Origin: Anthoceros angustus
Lineage: Eukaryota > Plantae > Anthocerotophyta
NCBI GenBank assembly: GCA_010909165.1
Contig: VJWM01000408.1
Coordinates: 1 to 16,060 of the forward strand
Direction: 5' to 3'
Length of the DNA stretch: 16,060 nt
Below, piece after piece: positions 9,173 to 16,060 of this stretch. The position numbers were made by a program, and so were the translations under genes. The notes beneath the pieces were generated by a model. The model had not been told where the DNA came from, made no database searches, and saw nothing but the letters and a program-made list of their open reading frames with translations. Numbering within the stretch: the first letter of the stretch is position 1; the number at the start of each line of letters is the position of its first letter.

Positions 9173-11224
9173 CTAGTAGAGGTGGTGTGATAGTCTTAAA
9201 GTTGGAACTGTCTCCAAGGCGCGGGCTCTGGGAAGGGTGAGTCCTGACGCTTCCTCCATGTCCACGTCCTCTGGTTTCAAGCCCTTCGAGGGGCCCAGTC
9301 GAAAGCTTGAAGAAGCCTGGCCAGTCCATACTGCACCATTGTGAGGCCGAGACCCATCCCTGGGCACCCTCTGCGTCCTGTTCCAAATGGCAGCAGTTCG
9401 TAGTGCTGCCCTTCACATCGATGTCGGGTCTGCACTCGTGAGTTGAGATCACTTACAACGTAAGTAGTGCCATGATATCTACTGTACATGTCTTTAGTAA
9501 TTTCACGCACTCAATCTACAAGGCAGTAATTCTCAATGCTGGCAGCTGGTACAGCAACACGAAAACGAGACGTTGCTGGCCAGCACTTTGAAACCTTACC
9601 TCTCCAGAAATCTGTCGGGTCGGAATTCCTTTGGATTGTCCCAGACAGCAGGGTCTCGCCTATGGCCCAAACGTTGACGAAGAGGGTGGTGTTGGCAGGG
9701 ATGTCGTAGCCCATCAGCTTTGTCTGTTGAAGGGACGAATGAGGCAAGTTCAAAGCGCCAGCAGGATGGAGCCGAGTGTCTCCTTCACCACAGCTTGGAG
9801 GAAGGGCAGGTTAGGAAGGTCAGCTTCCGCCACCAGCCTCTCCTTTCCCACAATACTGTCCAACTCTGCCTGCAGTTTGGTAGGAATGCCGGGATGCCGG
9901 ACTATCTCAGCCATCGCCCATTCCAAGGTGTTGGCAGAAGTATCTGTGCCTCCCAGTAACATGTCCTGCATGAGTAGGAATTGCACGCGTGTGTCATGAT
10001 TCAACCACCTCCAAACCCGTGCAGTAGTTCTCCTCAAAGCCTAGAGCAACGTGTGAGGTTAGAGGAATAAACGACGAACCAGGCAGAGAGCTTTGATGGT
10101 TGTGTCATCTAAATGGTCCGATCCATGTCTTGCTTGAAGCACAAGTAGATCATCCACAAAGTCGGGATCCTTCTGCTTTGGATGTTGTCTGTGCTCCTGT
10201 AGTAATCTGGTCAAGAACTCGTCCATCCTCTTGTGACATTTCTTCATGCGAGCCCTGAAGTTGGTGAACAGATCTAGCACAGACAGGTAGGGAATGTAGT
10301 CCCCAATCAGCTGTACTCCAAGCAGCGCGAAAGTCTCTGAAATCAGCTCTATGAACTCCTTCGCCTCATCTGGCTACACAAGTTACCCAGCTGCCAAGAG
10401 TGAGTACAAATTATTGAGCAATCATCTCCACAAATTGGGACATCTAGATGAAAACAATTTGCATACATCGATCTCCAGCGGGTCGTCGCCTCCGGTTGCT
10501 CCAGCAGCTGCTGAGCTCATTCTCACGAAACATTTACTGAAGCAGATTTGCGTCATGAATTGAAGGACAGCGCTGACAGCACTGTGTTCATGTTGGTGGT
10601 AGCTGACTGGACCGCGTCGTGGTAGATAGCTTCACCATGGCAGATGCTACCTGCTGTCTGAAGATCGAGAACTGATTGATTTTCTTCTGCGTCAGAAGCT
10701 CCAGTGCAACTATCTTCCTGCAGATCACGAAACAAAACAGAACTCCTCAATCACAAATCGAGACGGGTTCACCAGTTCTTCTAGTTCTTCCACTTCCCGA
10801 AGCAACAGACGTTTCCTAGCTCCACTTACCTTGTGAATCGCCAGTATTCCCCGTAAGGAGAGAACCCGACATCCCTACCACCATACATCAGGTTCTCGAT
10901 GGCGGAAGTATGTGGTCGAGATGCGAAAATGCGGTCCTGTCCTTTGAACAGCTCTTTGCACACCTCTGGAGAGGAGACCACGACGCAAGGTGTCACTCCC
11001 AGTAGCAGGAACATGATGGGCCCGTACCGCTGAGCCAGATCAGAGAGCACATGGTGAGGCAGCTTGGAGGCAGTGAAGATGGTCAGATTTCCCAGCACCG
11101 GAATCCCTGCAGGCCCTGGTGGCAACTTCAGCGTCGGCCAGTTAAGCCACCGATTGTACTTCAGCACAGGAAGGCTCAGCATAATTGTCAAGAGAGCAAT
11201 CCACAGCACTAGTAACACCGCCAT
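9173..11224 (-). CDS. Cytochrome P450, CYP71 clan, paralogue B; about 6 apparent 1-nt deletions
   Basis: Exons 11224-10830, 10717-10467, 10373-10080, 9965-9600, 9429-9173 with GT-AG introns. [23 protein letters not shown](R), [15 protein letters not shown]. Exons 1 and 3 are open; exons 2, 4 and 5 are each 2 nt short. Confidence 0.9.
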
Positions 11225-12064
11225 GGCAGTGCACGACCCACTGTATCTGAGATTTTCGATGATGTTCTAAGAGAAACTATTTCAACTGTCCAGCACACTA
11301 CTGCTACTTCTACACGGGACCTTCTCTGTCTTCAAATCCGTGTGTGGAGTACAACCAGTTCCATGGATGCTTCGGCTCAAACCTTGAGTAGTTGTCGACA
11401 CCATCTCAAGATCAGGCAACGAGTAACGATCGAGTAGGTGGACGGCCACCTAATTTGTTCACGATGACAGATCATTGTGACAACGACTCACCTGGAGGCT
11501 GCTAGAGTGCTCCTGCTCCAGCTGGAGCCTGGATAGGCGCCAAAGTGATGGTGACAAGAGAGAAAACCACCCCATTTGCTGAAGACAAAATGGATATCTA
11601 TCTGTAGAGTTGTGTAGGTGATGCAGAGCATCGGGCCAAGCTCGACATCAAACACAGGTGTAGTGTCACTCTTCTCGACCGGACCTCTACTGGAACCGAA
11701 TCAGGTGGAATCCAAGCTTGCAATATGTGCGTAATAGAAATTTGTCCATTCCTTGCAATTTTCTCAACCCAGAAAGATTCGTGGAAAAGTATCTAATCAC
11801 GTTTTCACCAGCAAGTTGCTTTATCCTCTGCAGTAGCAGTCCCACAAGAGCGGCCATGGACGTGTGATGCTGGTTGGGATTTTGACATAACTGGCAAGAA
11901 TTCTGGGTTCAGCCTTCCGGAGACAGGTTGTCTTGGCATAATTAGGCCTCACCATGTTTATCATGGTATGGTCCAGCTGTTGGTAGCTTTGGTGGGCAAA
12001 GCCTGGATCCCGGCCCAGAAGCCCAAGAATTATCTAACTTTAAAACAAAATAAAGTTGTTATCA

Positions 12065-12210
12065 GGGCATTTGGTCTAGTGGTATATGGTTCTTGATTCA
12101 TGGCCCATGGCGGCATGTCCGTCCTTAGTGGACTCGAAATAAATTGTTTGTTTGTTTGTTTGTTTGATTAGGATGTCAAAGGTACGCGAGTTTGATATTC
12201 GCAATGCCCC
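12065..12210 (+). pseudogene. tRNA-Pro(AGG)-derived pseudogene or SINE head, interrupted at the anticodon loop
   Basis: 5' GGGCATTTGGTCTAGTGGTAT matches the plant tRNA-Pro 5' end (A box). Acceptor stem GGGCATT/AATGCCC; T-arm GCGAG-TTTGATA-TTCGC; TT-AGG anticodon restored once the insert is removed. T6 run at 12241-12246. Confidence 0.8.
12099..12163 (+). mobile_element. 5'-truncated non-LTR retroposon 3' end (65 nt) with microsatellite tail
   Basis: Hairpin GTCC-TTAGT-GGAC (12121-12133), AATAAA (12138-12143), (TTTG)n tail, flanked by the direct repeat TTGATT (12093-12098 and 12164-12169). Confidence 0.65.
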
Positions 12211-12629
12211 TAAACAATGAACAACATTACCTATGTTTGCTTTTTTAGATAAAAATTAATTTTGGCGTCCAAGCCACAACTTAGCCATGACTCATCGGAA
12301 ACTTTGGCGGCCAAGCCTCAGTCAAGCGTAACCCTGGGGGAAAAAATGGGGTGTTTGACGACCCAACATTCGAGGGCGAGCGGGTGACTACTGGGATGGG
12401 ATCGGGTGTTTGCCTCAAGAGTCGAGGACATCTCAAAGATTGATCAGCCCAATGTTTTAAAACATAGTTACAACAAGTAGCAACGACGGCACACGACTGA
12501 CAGATGGAATGATCCTGGAAAAGAACCGTCTAGCTTGCCCTGATCTACGTACACATCTACCTAGTCTAACTGCTGAGACACGTGTGGCCAGTAGAATGTA
12601 CAACAAGCTGTCCGGAGAAGTGCAAATGA

Positions 12630-14548
12630 CTAGTAGAGGTGGTGTGGAAGTCTGATGGTTGACACTGCCTCCAGGGCATGGGCTCTAGGATTGGTGAGCC
12701 CCCACACTTCCTCAGTGTCTACGTCTTCTGGCTTCAAGCCTTGGGAGGACCAGTGAAAAGCTTGAAGAAGCCTGGCCATTCCATACTGCACCATGATGAG
12801 GCCCAGAGCCATCCCTGGCACCTCTACGTCCTGCTCCGAATGGCAGCAGCTCGTAGTTCTGCCCTTTCACATCGATGTCGGGTCTGCATCCAAGCATCCG
12901 GTACACTTCAATGGAAAACATCGACATTGCAAAAGCAGCACTTTTAAGTTGCAAGTTTGAATCCAAGGTTACCTCTCCAGAAATCTGTCGGGACGGAATT
13001 GCAACGGATCGTCCCACAGTAGGGTCTCGGCCCATGGCCCAGACGTTGACGAAGACGATGGTGTTGACAGGGATATCGTAGCCCATCAGTTTGGTCTGCT
13101 GAAGGGACAAATGAGGCGTTCAAGGCACCGGCAGGATGGAGCCGAGTGTCTCCTTCACTACAGCTTGGAGGGGCAGGCTAGAGAGGTCGGCCTCCGTCAC
13201 CAGCCTCCTTGCCCACCACTGAGTCCAGCTCTGCCTGAAGCTTGCCAGCAACGTCGGGATGCCGGACTACTTCAGCCATCGCCCATTGCAGAGTGTTGCC
13301 AGATGTATCTGTGCCCGCCAGGATCATTTCCTGCACCAAGTGGAGTTCCAATGCGTTTTTGTCATACGATCCAACCTCCAAACCCACGGGTTTCTCGACT
13401 CGGAGGTCCAACTGCTTCCAAGGAGCTGTACCAGGCAGAGTGCTTTGATGGTTGTGTCATCCAAGTGATCGCATCCATCTCTTGCTTGGAGCCCGAGGAG
13501 ATGACCGACATAGTCAGGACGGGTCTTCATGCTGCTCGGAATGCTTCCTGTGCTCCTGCAGTAATCTGGTTAGGAACTCGTCCAACCTCTTGTGAGCTTT
13601 GATCATTGAAGTTGTTAAATCGATCCAGCAGAGACAGGTACGGAATGTAGTCTCCAATCAGCTGTACTCCAAGCAGCGTGAATGCCTCTTCAATCAGCTC
13701 AGTGAACTCCCTCCTCTGCCTGAACAACCCAAATGCATCATCCCACAAGTTACAACTAATGTGAAGTTGGACAAAACAAAACAAAGTGCAGTCCTAGATC
13801 TGCATATCACACATGGGGACTGGTGAGGTGAAAGCAAACCTCACTTCGATCTCCTTGAGCTCCTCCGCTGCGGTTGCTTCAGGTGCCGAGTTCCACGGTA
13901 GTAAATATTTGCCGAAACAAATTTGCGTCATGAAGTTGAAGGTGAGCGCTGTCAACATAGTCCTCATGTTGGTGTGAGCTGCCTGAACCGCATCGTGGTA
14001 GATGGCTTTCATCACACCAGATGCAACCTCCTCAGCGCGAAAACGGATTTTCTTGTGCGTCAGAAGCTCCAGGGTAGCAATCTTCCTGCCAGTGTGGGTG
14101 ACGGATTCAACAAAAACGCTAGACAGCTGGCGAGCATGGTCTTCATGATCATGATCCACTCACCTTGCGAATCGCCAGTGCTCCCGTATGGAGAGAAGGC
14201 GATATTCCTACCATCATACAGCAAGTGGGAGACGGCGGAAGTACGAGGACGAGATGCGAAAATGTGGTCCTGGTTTCTGAAAAGCTCTCTGCACACCTCT
14301 GGAGACGACACCACGACGCAAGGTGTCAATCCCAGTCGCAGGAACATGATCGGGCCGTACTGCTCGGCCAGATCGGAGAGCACACGGTGAGGCAGCTTGG
14401 AGGCAGTGAAGATGAGCAGATTCCCCAGCACCGGCACCCCGACAGGCCCCGGTGGTAAATTCAGCTTCACCCAGCTCCACCGCCGGTTATACTTCAGCAC
14501 AGCAAATGGGAATAGGAGAGCAGCAATGATCCACACCCACACCGCCAT
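12630..14548 (-). CDS. Cytochrome P450, CYP71 clan, paralogue C (most divergent; many apparent frameshifts, possibly a pseudogene)
   Basis: Exons 14548-14164, 14085-13845, 13719-13432, 13330-12973, 12883-12630, with introns at the same positions and phases as A and B. LPPGP, EMILAGTDTS, PDRF, PFGAGRR(GCP)G with two 1-nt homopolymer shortenings in the haem motif, C-terminus RLPHHLY*. Confidence 0.85.
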
Positions 14549-14888
14549 AGCAAATCTCCGATTTGCGATGGGCTCTCAAGTCCTCACCCACAAGATACGT
14601 GAATAGTTCCGATGTTGAAGGAGTACTGACGTCTTGTGAGTGACTGCAGTTCGTGGACTTGGAGTGGATCAAACTCCCAGTTGAGCTTCACCACCTGACT
14701 CAGGCAAGAGGGAACATGGGAAGAAGAAGAGGAGAAGTCTCTTACAGTCCACTTGGATGGAATTTTCCTGTAATGGGGCAAGACAAAAGATAAGTCATCC
14801 GTTTCGTCACCGACATCGGAGACAAAGACTGAAGTGGGTCGAAGACGCTATTTTCCGTAAAATTTAAAACAACACATACTAATTGCAG

Positions 14889-14959
14889 GTGGCAGTGGTA
14901 TAGTGGTAGAGCAGAATCCCACCATTCCGTTGACTCAGGTACGATTCCCGGCCGGCATT
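14889..14959 (+). pseudogene. Decayed tRNA-Gly-like sequence (pseudogene or SINE head)
   Basis: A box TGGTATAGTGG and B-box-like GGTACGATTCCCGG resemble plant tRNA-Gly(GCC) (..AGTGGTCTAGTGGTAGA...GACCCGGGTTCGATTCCCGG). The acceptor and anticodon stems are mismatched. Confidence 0.6.
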
Positions 14960-15043
14960 CCTCTCCTGCAGATTATGTACAAACAATAACCGAGTTAAAC
15001 TGTAAACCATGGTAGGATGCACCTGTAGCCACCTTTTCGTTGT

Positions 15044-15156
15044 TTTTCCTTTGCTGATTAACCTTAAAGGACGAACCTATTCAAATTGAGTGGTTGATGA
15101 TGAGCCTTCTTCCTTTTCCTTTGTTGATTAACCCCTAAGAATGAACCTACTTAAAT
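15044..15156. repeat. Two ~43-nt imperfect direct repeats (period 70)
   Basis: TTTTCCTTTGCTGATTAACCTTAAAGGACGAACCTATTCAAAT (15044-15086) versus TTTTCCTTTGTTGATTAACCCCTAAGAATGAACCTACTTAAAT (15114-15156). Confidence 0.8.
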
Positions 15157-16060
15157 GTGGTGGCACCAAGCGCTCGACACCATTGCCCGACTTGCGAATC
15201 ATGTAGCCATCACGCCAATAGTCTTGACCAGCTGCCTGTTCTTTTCGGTGGGTCGGGCCTCGTCCATATACAGTGCAAATCTTGAAGAGCATTCACATCT
15301 TCCCAAATGTCCTTTGCATTAGGTGAGCAAACACAATCATCCAAGGCGGTCATGGCAACAAGGGCTGCGACATGACATCGGCACCAATCTCCTCCTCATG
15401 GTCCTGCCTAGCCTCGGTGACATCACTGCACGTCCGGATTTCTAGATAGCATGTGCATTTTGGTGTGTCACTCGGCTGTGCTCCACAAGGAAGTCATAAT
15501 CTTGAAGTATCATGGCCCGTGAGCCGACTTCCCACTCAATTTTGTGTTAGTCATCAGCCATTTCAATGGCGATGATCGATCACTAACAAGCTGCGACCAT
15601 ACAAATATGGGCGGAAGTGGCAACGGCCCAAACAAGCATGAGGCACTCCCCTCATAGCTGTGGTGGCCTCCGCTCGGTTATTACTCCTCGAGGCATAGCG
15701 ATCACGCGCTCCTTGCCTGCTCATCCTCTTGTGCAAGCACCGCCCCAAGTCCCGCATACCCAATCGGTGTAACACAAATGGCTTGCTAAAATCGCCTAGC
15801 CATGGTGACCTGGTCAATTGCTCCTTCAACATGTCAAAAGCTTGCTGCGCCAACTCTGTCCATGCCCATTCCACGTCTTTCCTCAACATGTCATTCAAGG
15901 GTTTCGCAATTGGCTGAAATTCGAATGTAAACCTATAATAGTTGCATAACCCAAGAAAGGCACGCAAGGCGACACGTTGGTGGGCTCCTTCACTGCAGGA
16001 TAGCCTGTACCTTGGCTGAGTGGGGCATCACCCGTTAGGCACGATTCTGTGACCTAAATA
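15157..16060 (-). mobile_element. Ty3/gypsy pol fragment (RT C-terminus, RT-RNase H connection, RNase H), frameshifted and truncated before integrase
   Basis: LRAFLGLCNYYR..IAKPLN.ML.KDVEWAW...AFDMLK..DFSKPF...YASRSNNRAE...HFRPYLYG...IDH; ILQDYDF; homology ends at ..RLVPP near 15160. Confidence 0.9.

Noticed and set aside
11896-12031. Possible MITE bounded by the CAAGAATT direct repeat and AATTCT(T)GGG inverted similarity
   Set aside because: The terminal inverted match is short and gapped and overlaps the would-be TSD, so it cannot be supported without copy-number data.
12099-12163. Insert as a genuine tRNA intron
   Set aside because: It lies 5' of the anticodon rather than at 37/38, has a TSD and a microsatellite tail, and the tRNA body has damaged anticodon-stem and T-loop positions.
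6157-14548. Assigning the symbol CYP703A (or CYP75/CYP92)
   Set aside because: The diagnostic AAATDTS I-helix of CYP703 is absent, and family assignment needs a phylogeny.
6147-14606. Plus-strand ORFs overlapping the P450 genes (e.g. 6566..6889, 9631..9999, 13111..13602, 13923..14390)
   Set aside because: They are antisense shadows of P450 exons, recur in each paralogue, and show no independent protein motifs.
14889-15110. Dicistronic tRNA-Gly-snoRNA (TGATGA at ~15095)
   Set aside because: The tRNA is decayed, the C-box-like motif is ~135 nt downstream, and there is no properly placed D box or terminal stem.

Overview
Eukaryotic nuclear DNA from a green plant; the intron-rich CYP71-clan genes suggest a non-seed lineage (inference). 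The left third (1-5396) is a nest of LTR retrotransposons: a minus-strand Ty1/copia element (LTR, tRNA-iMet PBS, gag, protease, integrase, RT) is cut in its RT by a plus-strand chromoviral Ty3/gypsy 3' end (integrase, chromodomain, PPT, LTR), which is itself probably interrupted by a third LTR. The centre (6157-14548) holds three tandem minus-strand CYP71-clan cytochrome P450 paralogues with CYP703-like motifs and an identical 5-exon/4-intron layout, plus a short 3' remnant of a further copy at about 5941-6001. All three carry small, mostly deletion-type frameshifts but keep canonical splice sites, which looks more like long-read consensus error than old pseudogenisation. The intergenic DNA contains a tRNA-Pro relic split at the anticodon by a 65-nt non-LTR retroposon tail with a TSD, and a tRNA-Gly relic. 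A minus-strand Ty3/gypsy RT-RNase H fragment ends the window. No CRISPR array or prokaryotic system is present.
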